This document shows positions 33,460-42,742 of a DNA stretch of 64,000 nt, in pieces. The stretch covers positions 3,410 through 67,409 of the forward strand of contig JAPOUT010000001.1 of assembly GCA_026708545.1 (NCBI GenBank), in the 5' to 3' direction. The notes under the pieces are model-generated. The model had not been told where the DNA came from and made no database searches. It worked only from the letters and a program-made list of their open reading frames with translations. A program made the position numbers and the translations under genes. The stretch's first letter is position 1; each line of letters opens with the position of its first letter. The DNA comes from Hyphomicrobiales bacterium (GTDB lineage: Bacteria > Pseudomonadota > Alphaproteobacteria > JAPOUT01).

Positions 33460-34158
33460 ATGAAACAAACCATGCAAACATTCTGGCAAACTCTCACCTT
33501 GGCGATTATCGCAACAGCTTGTTGCGTGAGTTTCGCGAACGCACAGGAAGAATCGGGCGTACAGATAGGCGACTTGCTCTTCGTCGACGTGCAACAGGTG
33601 CTTGTCGGTTCGTCTGCGATGCTCGATATTCGAAGACAAGTTAGCGACCAGATCACCGCCATCCGTTCGGATGCGCAACAAGAGGAAGCCGACCTCATCG
33701 AAGAAGAAAAGGAACTCAAAGCCAAAGCGGACGACATCTCTGAAGAGGAACTCCAAACCGGCTATCGACAGCTTGACGAAAAGCTTACACGCGTTCGAGC
33801 CGAACTCTCGCAGCGTTTGCAGGCCGTCCAAAACGGAGCGTTTGAAGCGCAGCGCGAAGTCGAGAATCATCTCGCGGAGATTTTTAACGACCTGCGCCTC
33901 GAACGCGGCGCCGACTTGCTTGTCAACCCACAAGGAATTCTCTCCGCCGACATCGGCTACACCATCCCCGCAGAGCAGAATGTGACCGACGACGTTGTCA
34001 CCGCTTTGGACGAGCGTTTACCCACCGTGGTCGTCCTGCCTCGAACGATTCCGCCGGCGCCCGCCTCGCCGCTGTCGACCGTGCCCGACGGCACCGGTGA
34101 CGAAGTTTCGGAAAACCCCGATGCAGAGACCTCGGACGGCACCTCCGGGGAGCAGTAA
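33460..34158 (+). CDS. skp: OmpH/Skp-family periplasmic chaperone
   Basis: Signal peptide followed by a coiled-coil-rich sequence; conserved bamA-skp-lpxD order. Confidence 0.7.
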   Translation: MKQTMQTFWQTLTLAIIATACCVSFANAQEESGVQIGDLLFVDVQQVLVGSSAMLDIRRQVSDQITAIRSDAQQEEADLIEEEKELKAKADDISEEELQTGYRQLDEKLTRVRAELSQRLQAVQNGAFEAQREVENHLAEIFNDLRLERGADLLVNPQGILSADIGYTIPAEQNVTDDVVTALDERLPTVVVLPRTIPPAPASPLSTVPDGTGDEVSENPDAETSDGTSGEQ

Positions 34159-34181
34159 TCCCCGCTGACAGGAGACGCATA

Positions 34182-35246
34182 ATGGCGGATGCGAGGTTTT
34201 ACCGCAACGCCGGACCCTTCCGTCTTGGCGAAATCGCTCAAACCGTCGGTGCGGAGATAACCTCGAACGGAAACGAAGAGCACGTTCTTGAGGATGTTGC
34301 GCCTCTGCGGTCGGCAGGCCCGCGCGATTTGTGCTTCTTCACCCACCCGAAATACCGCAACGACTTTCTCAACAGCAAAGCCGGTGCGTGCATTCTTGAT
34401 GTCGCGAACGCCGAAAAATTTACTACCGTCCCGAAAAACATGGCAATTCTTGCCAGCAAGGATGCTTATCGAGCCTTTGGCGAGGCTGTTGCGTTGTTCT
34501 ATCCCGAAGCCGACGGTGCAAACGCAAACTCCAACGACGAATCCCGGTTAGAGAAGACGGACTCCAATGCCTACATTGCGGTTGATGCCATCCTCGAAGA
34601 AAACGTAAACCTTGAAACCGGTGCCGTCATCGGCGCGGGGGCGCGTGTCGGTCGAGGCACGAGAATTGGCGCGCACACTGTCGTTGGCAGGGGAGTTACT
34701 ATCGGACGCAACTGCATAATCGCCCCACATGTTTCTATTTCGCACGCACTCATCGGAGACGGCGTTATCCTCCATACCGGCGTGCGCATCGGACAAGACG
34801 GCTTCGGGTTTGCTATGGGCCCGCAAGGACATCGTAAAATCCCGCAAGTCGGACGTGTTCTCATCCAAGACGATGTCGATCTCGGCGCCAACACTTGTGT
34901 CGACCGCGGCTTTCTTGACGATACCATCATCGGTGAAGGATCCAAGATCGACAACCTTGTGCAAATTGCCCATAACGTCGTAATCGGGCGCGGATGCGTT
35001 ATCGCCGGACAAACGGGAATCTCAGGAAGCACGAAACTCGGTGCATTTGTCGTATTGGGTGGACGGGTCGGAATTGCGGGACACATCGAACTCGGCGACG
35101 GCGTTCGGATTGCGGCAAACTCGGGAGTCCCCCGCGACATCCCCGCGGGCGAAACCCACGCAGGCTATCCCGCCAAACCTCTCGCACTCTGGCGCAGAGA
35201 AGCCGCCGCACTAACAAAACTCGTAAAAGGCAGACGCAAAGACTAG
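34182..35246 (+). CDS. lpxD: UDP-3-O-acylglucosamine N-acyltransferase
   Basis: Left-handed beta-helix hexapeptide repeats over the whole length. Confidence 0.9.
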   Translation: MADARFYRNAGPFRLGEIAQTVGAEITSNGNEEHVLEDVAPLRSAGPRDLCFFTHPKYRNDFLNSKAGACILDVANAEKFTTVPKNMAILASKDAYRAFGEAVALFYPEADGANANSNDESRLEKTDSNAYIAVDAILEENVNLETGAVIGAGARVGRGTRIGAHTVVGRGVTIGRNCIIAPHVSISHALIGDGVILHTGVRIGQDGFGFAMGPQGHRKIPQVGRVLIQDDVDLGANTCVDRGFLDDTIIGEGSKIDNLVQIAHNVVIGRGCVIAGQTGISGSTKLGAFVVLGGRVGIAGHIELGDGVRIAANSGVPRDIPAGETHAGYPAKPLALWRREAAALTKLVKGRRKD

Positions 35247-35267
35247 AGCGTGGCACATTCGCGGACC

Positions 35268-35296
35268 TTGTCCCTCTCGCGCGGCTCCCCTATAAT
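35268..35296 (+). promoter_or_regulatory. putative promoter TTGTCC-17-TATAAT; predicted start site coincides with the A of the fabZ ATG
   Basis: Perfect -10 hexamer 6 nt upstream of the fabZ start codon; near-consensus -35 at 17-nt spacing. Confidence 0.3.
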
Positions 35297-35302
35297 GTCA
35301 CC

Positions 35303-35764
35303 ATGGACACCCAAGCCTCGGGCGAGAGCCTTGACCTCGCAGACATCATGCGGTTGCTTCCGCATCGTTATCCGTTCTTGATGATCGAGCGCGTTGAAAA
35401 CATCGTCGGTTCGGAAAGCGCCGTCGGAATCAAAAACGTCTCTATCAACGAACCTTTCTTCCAGGGACATTTCCCCGAACGTCCCGTGTTACCGGGCGTG
35501 TTGATAGTCGAGGCGATTGCGCAAACGGCTGGAGCGGTTGCAGCGCATCGCGCAAACATTCCCGACCCGATGACTTACATGGTTGCAATTGACGGTGCGC
35601 GTTTCCGAAGGCCCGTCCTTCCCGGTGACCGGCTTTGTCTGCATGTTGAGAAGATAGGAATGCGCCGGAACATTTGGCGATTTTCCGGCGAGGCAAAAGT
35701 TAACGATGTGCTGGTTGCGGAAGCCGAATGCAGTGCGTTGCTCGCCGCAGCCACCGACGATTAG
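35303..35764 (+). CDS. fabZ: 3-hydroxyacyl-ACP dehydratase FabZ
   Basis: Hot-dog fold motifs (LPHRYPFLMIERV, FFQGHFPERPVLPGVL). Confidence 0.9.
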   Translation: MDTQASGESLDLADIMRLLPHRYPFLMIERVENIVGSESAVGIKNVSINEPFFQGHFPERPVLPGVLIVEAIAQTAGAVAAHRANIPDPMTYMVAIDGARFRRPVLPGDRLCLHVEKIGMRRNIWRFSGEAKVNDVLVAEAECSALLAAATDD

Positions 35765-35779
35765 ATAAGAGCGCGCAGG

Positions 35780-36586
35780 TTGATGAAAGCGCGTATTCAT
35801 CCCACCGCCATCATTGCCGACGATGCTCGTATCCACAAGAGTGTCGAAATCGGCGCTTTCTGCCACATCGGACCTAAAACCATCCTTGAATCCGGAGTAA
35901 AGCTGCACCCGAATGTTGTGGTGTGCGGTAACAGCCGTCTCGGCAAAAACGTCGTGGTGTTTCCCCATGCTTGTATCGGCAGCGAGCCTCAAGACATGAA
36001 GTTTGACGGTGAGGAAAGCTTTCTCGAAATTGGCGCACGTTCAATCATCCGCGAAAATGTCACCATTTCACGCGGAACACAGGGCGGCGGGCTGCTGACG
36101 CGCATCGGCACCGACTGCCTATTTCAATGCAACAGCCATGTAGGCCATGACGGCATTATTGGCAATCATGTGATTTTTTCGGCAGCAGCGATGACCGGAG
36201 GGCATTGCAAAATCGATGATTTTGCCATTCTCGGCGGCAACAGCGCGGTACAACAATTCGTCAGGATTGGTAAATATGCGATGGTCGGGGGCATGACAGG
36301 CGTACGTAATGATGTCCTTCCTTTTGCACTGGTCTCAGATATGCCCGCAACCCTGAAGGGGATCAATCTTGTCGGATTGCGCAGGCACGGATTCAAAACC
36401 GCGGAAATCCGCGCCATTAAACGCGCTTACGACATCCTCTTCGATACAAAGGACTCGCTTCGCGCGCGCGCCGAGAGCCTTACCAACACCTTCGACAAAA
36501 ATGCTCATGTAAATTTGCTGCGTGACTTTGTTCTCGATGTCGGCAAATGTTCTTTGTGCATGCCCGGCGACGATTTCGCCGAATAA
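35780..36586 (+). CDS. lpxA: acyl-ACP--UDP-N-acetylglucosamine O-acyltransferase
   Basis: Hexapeptide-repeat LbH N-terminus and LpxA C-terminal domain (GINLVGLRRHGF). Confidence 0.9.
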   Translation: MMKARIHPTAIIADDARIHKSVEIGAFCHIGPKTILESGVKLHPNVVVCGNSRLGKNVVVFPHACIGSEPQDMKFDGEESFLEIGARSIIRENVTISRGTQGGGLLTRIGTDCLFQCNSHVGHDGIIGNHVIFSAAAMTGGHCKIDDFAILGGNSAVQQFVRIGKYAMVGGMTGVRNDVLPFALVSDMPATLKGINLVGLRRHGFKTAEIRAIKRAYDILFDTKDSLRARAESLTNTFDKNAHVNLLRDFVLDVGKCSLCMPGDDFAE

Positions 36587-36592
36587 CGCCGA

Positions 36593-37474
36593 ATGAACGC
36601 GGCACCTTTGGGAATCATTGCCGGCGGCGGCGCATTACCGGGGATGGTCGCACGGGCGGCACTTAAACAGGGACGCGATGTCACCGTGCTGGCACTTACC
36701 GGCGAGGCGGATGGTTCGCTGGATCCGTTCGCACCCCACTGGATAAACATGGGTGAACTGCGGCGCGGAATTTCCCTGTTGCAAAAAGGAGGTGTAAGGG
36801 ACTTGGTAATCGTCGGAAAAGTCCGCCGTCCGGGCTTGCGAAACTTTCGAGGCGATAGCGAAGGTTGGAAATTCCTGCTTCACTGGGTCATCACCAAACG
36901 AAGCAGTGACGAACAGTTATTGCAAGCGCTTCAACGCTACCTTAAGGAACGTGGCGGTTTTCGCATTATAGCCGCACAAGAAATTTGCGAGTCGTTGCTG
37001 ACCGCTCCCGGGTTTCTCGGACATCATTGTGCGAACAACGAAACACAAAAAGATATCACGCTCGGTATAAAAGTTGCGCGCGCGAGCGCGAAATATGACA
37101 TTGGCCAGGGAGTTGTTGTGTGCCGAGGGGTTGTGTTAGCGGTGGAAGCGCAAGAGCAGACCAATAACATGCTGCGTCGTGTAAGCGAGTTGGGAGAATC
37201 GTTGCGCGGCTCTTCCCAAGAGCGTGCAGGAGTTTTTGTAAAACTCCCCAAGCCGTTGCAAACCCGGGAACTGGACTGGCCGGTGATTGGCGAAAAAACA
37301 ATCATCGAGGCATCACGGGCGGGATTGTCAGGCATCGTGCTGCAAGCGGGGGGGTGCCTCTTGGTGGATGCCGAAGCGATTGCCAGGCGCATTGATGCGG
37401 AAGAAATGTTTTTGCTTTCGCTTGAGGCGGACGAGATAACCGAGCGCACCTCCCATGACCAGGACGACCGATAA
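36593..37474 (+). CDS. lpxI: UDP-2,3-diacylglucosamine diphosphatase LpxI (DUF1009 family)
   Basis: 293 aa between lpxA and lpxB, the conserved alphaproteobacterial position. Confidence 0.7.
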   Translation: MNAAPLGIIAGGGALPGMVARAALKQGRDVTVLALTGEADGSLDPFAPHWINMGELRRGISLLQKGGVRDLVIVGKVRRPGLRNFRGDSEGWKFLLHWVITKRSSDEQLLQALQRYLKERGGFRIIAAQEICESLLTAPGFLGHHCANNETQKDITLGIKVARASAKYDIGQGVVVCRGVVLAVEAQEQTNNMLRRVSELGESLRGSSQERAGVFVKLPKPLQTRELDWPVIGEKTIIEASRAGLSGIVLQAGGCLLVDAEAIARRIDAEEMFLLSLEADEITERTSHDQDDR

Positions 37475-38642
37475 ACCCTTACGCATTATGCTGGTCGCCG
37501 GCGAGGTTTCCGGAGATCGGTTTGGCGCGCAGCTAATGTCATCGTTGCGATGCGCATTAACGCGGCCGATATCGTTCATGGGTGTTGGAGGCGCGGCGAT
37601 GTCGGCGCAGGGATTGAATTCGTTGCACAGTATAAATGATACGGCGGTTGTCGGGATATGGGATGTCGTGAAGCGCCTGCCGTTATTGTTGCGCCGCATT
37701 CGTGAAACCGCCGAATTTGCCTTACATGAGTCACCGGACGCGCTCGTTCTGATTGACAGCCCCGACTTTACGCACCGTGTTGCAAAACGCGTGCGCGCGC
37801 ACAACAAAATGATTCCCATTATCGCGTATGTTGCACCAAGTGTTTGGGCGTGGCGGCGCCATCGCGCGACTCGTATGCGCGCGTATATCGATCATATAAT
37901 GGTACTGTTACCGTTTGAAGAAGAAGTGTTCCGCCGCGCAAAAGGACCTGCTTGCACCTACGTCGGACATCCCGCTTTGGAAGAGGTTCCCACGCTCCAA
38001 GACGGAGAGGCGTTTCGCAAACGTCATGATATCAACACGGACGAGCATGTTGTTGCTTTATTGCCGGGAAGTCGTCGCGGAGAGGTCGAGCGTCATGTTG
38101 ATAGATTCGTTGAAGCCGGCTTGCGTCTGCGCGAACTGACCGGGGATGTTCGCCTTGTGCTCTTGGGACGCGAAGAAGTTCGTCCGCTACTGGAATCGAA
38201 GCAATCGAATTGGTGCGGCAAGGTTTTGCTGCTGTTCGGCGAGGAGGAGCGAATCGGATTGTTCGGAGCCGCAAATGCCGCATTGGTTGCGGTGGGAACG
38301 GCGGTTTTGGAGCTGGGATTGGCGCGCGTTCCGATGGTTGTAGGGTTGCGCGAGCATGCCTTCAACGCTTATCTGGGGGCACGATTGTTGCGCACACCAT
38401 CCCTGTCGTTGGTGAATTTAGTGCTGGATGCTCCCGCGACCGAAGAGTATCTACAAGAAGAACTGGAAAAGGAAAAGGTTGCCGCGGCGTTGCAACGCAT
38501 TTTGACTCCACCCGGACGCGAACGAATTCTCGGACATTTAGACGAGTTTTGTGCCATGATGAGCATCGGAAGCAGCGTGCCTTCGGAACGTGCCGCTCGG
38601 ACGGTTCTGGAGATTGTGGGAGACGCGAACCGTTCCGGATAG
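37455..38642 (+). CDS. lpxB: lipid-A-disaccharide synthase
   Basis: GT-B glycosyltransferase with LpxB-like sequence (IMLVAGEVSGD..). Confidence 0.85.
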   Translation: MTRTTDKPLRIMLVAGEVSGDRFGAQLMSSLRCALTRPISFMGVGGAAMSAQGLNSLHSINDTAVVGIWDVVKRLPLLLRRIRETAEFALHESPDALVLIDSPDFTHRVAKRVRAHNKMIPIIAYVAPSVWAWRRHRATRMRAYIDHIMVLLPFEEEVFRRAKGPACTYVGHPALEEVPTLQDGEAFRKRHDINTDEHVVALLPGSRRGEVERHVDRFVEAGLRLRELTGDVRLVLLGREEVRPLLESKQSNWCGKVLLLFGEEERIGLFGAANAALVAVGTAVLELGLARVPMVVGLREHAFNAYLGARLLRTPSLSLVNLVLDAPATEEYLQEELEKEKVAAALQRILTPPGRERILGHLDEFCAMMSIGSSVPSERAARTVLEIVGDANRSG

Positions 38643-38658
38643 TTTTTCTAACCTGTTT

Positions 38659-39228
38659 TTATCGGCGCTGCTTCAAATAACGAATGACTTCAGCAGCATT
38701 TTTATCTGGCGGAAAAACCGGATAGAAAACCTTATTTATAGTCCCGTCGTTAATTACAAAAGTTATTCGCTTCAATAGCGTCATTCTCTCGACAACCATA
38801 CTTGGCAAACCTAACGCTTTTGAAAAATTGAGGTTTGAATCCGACAGCATCGGAAATGGTAAATGTAAGCGTTTGACAGCCTCGTCCTGATACTGCGTGC
38901 TTTGCGTCGACAGGCCAAATAAATTTTTAACGCCCAAAGACTGAAACTCCGCGTAAAGATCTCGAAACGAACAGGATTGGGGAGTGCAGCCGCGCGCGCC
39001 CGGTATCTGGTCCCATCCATCCGGCAAAGGAGTATCCGGCCTGCCCGTCATCGGATAGACAAACACGACCGTCACCCCCGGTAGGGAAGATATGTCAACG
39101 TAACGCCCGTCCGTGCTTTTCATTGCAGCGGACGGCACTTTCATCCCGCACAAATGCGAGGCTTTCCCGTCGTCCTCCGGTTTTGGTATGGACGACCAAT
39201 CAACAGCACTAAGGTTATTTTGATTCAT
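38659..39228 (-). CDS. thiol peroxidase / peroxiredoxin, BCP (Prx-Q)-like; start uncertain (39264, 39228 or 39144 all possible)
   Basis: Redoxin motif FVYP..GCTPQSC plus the downstream BCP-like core. The 3' half of the gene is AT-rich and the 5' half GC-rich. Confidence 0.7.
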   Translation of the reverse strand: MNQNNLSAVDWSSIPKPEDDGKASHLCGMKVPSAAMKSTDGRYVDISSLPGVTVVFVYPMTGRPDTPLPDGWDQIPGARGCTPQSCSFRDLYAEFQSLGVKNLFGLSTQSTQYQDEAVKRLHLPFPMLSDSNLNFSKALGLPSMVVERMTLLKRITFVINDGTINKVFYPVFPPDKNAAEVIRYLKQRR

Positions 39229-39277
39229 ACGAAACTCAACATACCAGAAAAAATGTAAATTCAAAATTTTATTTCAA

Positions 39278-39294
39278 GTTGCAATATTGGCAAC
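39278..39294. promoter_or_regulatory. inverted repeat GTTGC-N7-GCAAC (T-N11-A type) between the divergent peroxiredoxin and MFS genes
   Basis: Read directly in the AT-rich divergent intergenic region. Confidence 0.25.
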
Positions 39295-39388
39295 ATTTTC
39301 ATTAATGCAACCTATACATATCAAATTTATTTTGATGAAATTGATATTGAAAGCACTGTATGTCTGTAAAACTGGAGGCAAGAATTCG

Positions 39389-40600
39389 ATGTTAAGTTCA
39401 AGTAAGAAATACGTCTATTTATTAATTTTCACAAGCTTCCTGCTTATGTTTTTCTCCTCGAGTGTGAAAAATGTTTTTCAGGTTTGGTTTATCGATATTT
39501 GCACATCCTTCGGTGTGAGCCGCTCTGAGTTCTCTTTGTCTGGCGTAACCTTCATGATGATTACCGGAGTTGGTTCGTGGGTTGCCGGTTTGCTTAGTGA
39601 CAGGTTAGGTGTTCGCAAAACTATTCTTTTAGGAAATATTTTAATATCCTTTAGCTTTATAGCTTCTGCACTTGTTGTAAATTTTTATGCTTTTGTTGCA
39701 ATTTATGGCGGACTTTCGGCTTTTGCTCTAGCTGCAGTGCAATATGTTCCTATGGGTGTTTTAGTCGAAGAAACATTCAGAGGCAGTAAACACAAGGGGT
39801 TAATTTATGCGTTGCTTATAAATGGAACAGCTCTCGGCTTTGTTATATTAAGCCCGCTGTGGGTGTTTTTGAATTTAACGATTTCGTGGCAAGAAGTATA
39901 TTTGGCGCTTGGCTTGTTTTTCTTGGTTATACTCACACCAATGCTATTTTTTGCATTACCTGTAAACCAATCATCCAACGCCCAGACCAGTTCGGAAAAG
40001 AGTTTCAATGCAATGTCTTGGCAAAAAACCTTATCCAACCCGGCTTTCTGGTTCATTTCGCTCTCATTCTTTGGTTGTGGTGTTAATATGGCATTTATTG
40101 ATGTGCATTTTGTGCCGATGATGCAGGACCAGAGCACTGCAACTGCCGTTGTTGGGATATCCCTTTCTATCTTAGGGGTAATGGAAATGCTTGGTGGCTT
40201 TGTTGCGGGTTGGTTAACCGACAGGATGAAGCCTGCTGTGCTTCTTTCCGGTTTTTACAGTTTGAGAGCACTCTCGGGATGGCTCTTGATGCAGTCAACC
40301 GATGAAACATCATTGATTATATTTAGCAGCCTCTTTGGTGCAACTTATTTGGGAACTGTAATCGTGACATCTCTGTTCACGCTACAGTATTTTGGGAAGG
40401 AAAATAAAGGTGCAGTTTTTGGATTGGTTTTCTTTATCCATCAAATAGGCGCATCTCTGTCTACATGGATGGGAGCACATATATTTGATAGCACGGGGAG
40501 TTACCATTATGCTGTCATGCTAGCGACTGCATTTTCTATCGCGTCGGCGATTATTGCGCTTGCTCTTTTTAACGTAAACAAACGACCCCTTGAGGCTTGA
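39389..40600 (+). CDS. MFS transporter
   Basis: About 12 predicted hydrophobic helices. GGAGG Shine-Dalgarno before the internal ATG at 39389; about 30-35% GC. Confidence 0.8.
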   Translation: MLSSSKKYVYLLIFTSFLLMFFSSSVKNVFQVWFIDICTSFGVSRSEFSLSGVTFMMITGVGSWVAGLLSDRLGVRKTILLGNILISFSFIASALVVNFYAFVAIYGGLSAFALAAVQYVPMGVLVEETFRGSKHKGLIYALLINGTALGFVILSPLWVFLNLTISWQEVYLALGLFFLVILTPMLFFALPVNQSSNAQTSSEKSFNAMSWQKTLSNPAFWFISLSFFGCGVNMAFIDVHFVPMMQDQSTATAVVGISLSILGVMEMLGGFVAGWLTDRMKPAVLLSGFYSLRALSGWLLMQSTDETSLIIFSSLFGATYLGTVIVTSLFTLQYFGKENKGAVFGLVFFIHQIGASLSTWMGAHIFDSTGSYHYAVMLATAFSIASAIIALALFNVNKRPLEA

Positions 40601-40631
40601 GAAACAAACTGTCATTCTGGAGGATATCAAT

Positions 40632-40691
40632 ATGACTCATGCAGAAAATTTATTGGAGCCGCACCCTAAAAAGAAGCGAGGAGAAACATGA
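40632..40691 (+). CDS. candidate 19-aa upstream micro-ORF (MTHAENLLEPHPKKKRGET), translationally coupled to the cupin gene
   Basis: GGAGGA Shine-Dalgarno 7 nt upstream; its stop overlaps the cupin start (ATGA); and its 3' end supplies a GAGGAG Shine-Dalgarno for the cupin. Confidence 0.25.
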   Translation: MTHAENLLEPHPKKKRGET

Positions 40692-41038
40692 ATATGGAAA
40701 AATCACAAGTATTTCCTCTAAAGAGCGCCAAGAAAAAATTTGCCGCATCGCCGCGCCCAACAGAGATTATACCCGGTGCAACAAAGCTTTCCGAACTTGT
40801 ATTCTCAAAAGGCGATCTTCAACTTCGTTATTATGAACCTGGCAAGATTGACCATCAAGTGCCGCATGACCAGGAAGAATTATACATCGTTATATCGGGA
40901 ACAGCAGAACTTGACCACGGAGGAAGAAAAATTTACTGCAATCCGGGAGACTCCATTTTTGTTTCGAAAGGGGAAGTACATAGATTCGTTAATATTTCCG
41001 ACGATTTTTCAGTTTGGGTGATTTATTTTAATGCATGA
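40688..41038 (+). CDS. cupin-domain protein
   Basis: 116 aa with a cupin motif pair (PHDQEELYIVISGTAEL, NPGDSIFVSKGEVHRF); low GC. Confidence 0.7.
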   Translation: MNMEKSQVFPLKSAKKKFAASPRPTEIIPGATKLSELVFSKGDLQLRYYEPGKIDHQVPHDQEELYIVISGTAELDHGGRKIYCNPGDSIFVSKGEVHRFVNISDDFSVWVIYFNA

Positions 41039-41651
41039 ATTAATTTCGTTCGCAATTTTATGGTTTTTCATGGCCGGCGCTATAGGTCCGAACGCCCTAA
41101 TCTCGATTGATTCGTCAATCCAATATGGCTGGCCCCGTGCGCTGATGGTTCCCTTGGGGATAACAGCGGCCTCAATAATTTACGGATTCCTTTCCATAAC
41201 CGTTCTCGCATACCTTTTGGAAATTGCGCCTGGCATGTTCAAATTAATTATAGTTCTGGGATCTCTTTATTTGCTTTATCTGGGTTATAAAATTTTAACA
41301 CGCCCTGCATTGGAAGAAGGCAGTGCAACGAAAAGCATTAAAAATAACAAGCTTATGTTTCTCGGATTTACAACTTCACTTTCCAACCCTAAGGCGGCAT
41401 TGGTATATCTATCGGTTTTACCCGGCATGGCCCATAGCGAAAACATTGATCCGGTAATCTTAATAGTAACTGCGTGCACGATTGTTTTTTTCATATACTC
41501 TGCTTATAGCTGGTTCGCAAATTTGTTTCGTAATTTTATTATAGGATTTCCGCGCAGGCAAAAATTAATGGATATACTCGCCTGTCTTTCATTTTCCTTA
41601 ATTGCGGTAAAAAATATTTATTATGTAGTCATGGAAAAAGCTCTCACTTGA
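41031..41651 (+). CDS. LysE/RhtB-family amino-acid exporter
   Basis: 206 aa with six hydrophobic segments and a LysE-type N-terminus; overlaps the cupin stop. Confidence 0.75.
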   Translation: MHELISFAILWFFMAGAIGPNALISIDSSIQYGWPRALMVPLGITAASIIYGFLSITVLAYLLEIAPGMFKLIIVLGSLYLLYLGYKILTRPALEEGSATKSIKNNKLMFLGFTTSLSNPKAALVYLSVLPGMAHSENIDPVILIVTACTIVFFIYSAYSWFANLFRNFIIGFPRRQKLMDILACLSFSLIAVKNIYYVVMEKALT

Positions 41652-41796
41652 GCGAGATTATAATTCTCCGGTCTATTGCCGACAGATGCCGCTTAAATTT
41701 ACAAAACCATGAAATTCTCCCTCATTGAAGGGAAGGGGTTGGAAAGACCTTCTCAAATGCTACAATCCCCGGAGAGGTCCCCCATCAAGGAAAACC

Positions 41797-42657
41797 ATGC
41801 CACTCGATTACGAAAAACTCCGTGCTCTTCATTTTAGAGATGAAGTGCGTCATTATGATGAAAAAGACGTCATATTGTACGCTTTGTCCGTTGGCTTCGG
41901 TGCCGATGCTTCCGACCGAAACGAACTTGAATATGTGTGCGAGTGCCTTGAGGGCGGTTTGAAAACCGTGCCGACCCTAGCGACAGTATTGGTTCGAAGC
42001 GCCGGCGCCATCGATACTCCTGGTATCAATCACGACCTTCTTGTCCACGGCGACCAGCGCCTTCGCATCGATAATCCTCTTCCTCCTGAGGCCGATGTGC
42101 TCGCCGATACTCGGGTAGTCGAGATCTTCGACAAAGGCGAGGACAAAGGCGCGTTGTTGTTGGTCGAGACAAAACTTCGCCTCGGGAACGACACGCCGCT
42201 TGCGACATCAACTACCGGATTGTTCCTTCGAGGGGACGGAGGATTCGGCGGACCGAAAGACGGCGCACCCAGGCCGCACACGATTCCCGAGCGCGACGCC
42301 GACTTCACCGCACCGCTTCACACTACACCAAATCAGGCACTCCTCTATCGTCTCAACGGTGATAGAAACCCGCTCCATGTCGACCCGGGCTTTGCCGCGC
42401 GTGCGGGATTTAATCGGCCGATTCTCCATGGGCTGTGCAGCTATGGAATTGCCTGTCGCGGCATGGTGCAACACGTTTGTGACTATGATGCGTGGCGTAT
42501 TCGTGAGCTTGATGCGCGATTTTCCGCGCCTGTTTTTCCGGGCGATGTATTGGAGATGGAGTTCTGGCGCGAGGACAAGACTGTTTCCTTTCGTGTGCGC
42601 AACAAGGAGAAGAAGCAGATTGTCATCAACAACGGCAGATGCCTGCTTGAGAATTAA
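41797..42657 (+). CDS. MaoC-like double hot-dog (R)-specific enoyl-CoA hydratase/dehydratase
   Basis: N-terminal non-catalytic and C-terminal MaoC hot-dog halves. Internal ATG chosen; ORF 41725 is the maximal extent. Confidence 0.7.
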   Translation: MPLDYEKLRALHFRDEVRHYDEKDVILYALSVGFGADASDRNELEYVCECLEGGLKTVPTLATVLVRSAGAIDTPGINHDLLVHGDQRLRIDNPLPPEADVLADTRVVEIFDKGEDKGALLLVETKLRLGNDTPLATSTTGLFLRGDGGFGGPKDGAPRPHTIPERDADFTAPLHTTPNQALLYRLNGDRNPLHVDPGFAARAGFNRPILHGLCSYGIACRGMVQHVCDYDAWRIRELDARFSAPVFPGDVLEMEFWREDKTVSFRVRNKEKKQIVINNGRCLLEN

Positions 42658-42742
42658 CCCGTTTTGACGAACACACAAAAATGTGATGGAATGAGCGAGA
42701 GTACCATTTGAATTTTCCGGACACTTCTATGACTTTATCCTC

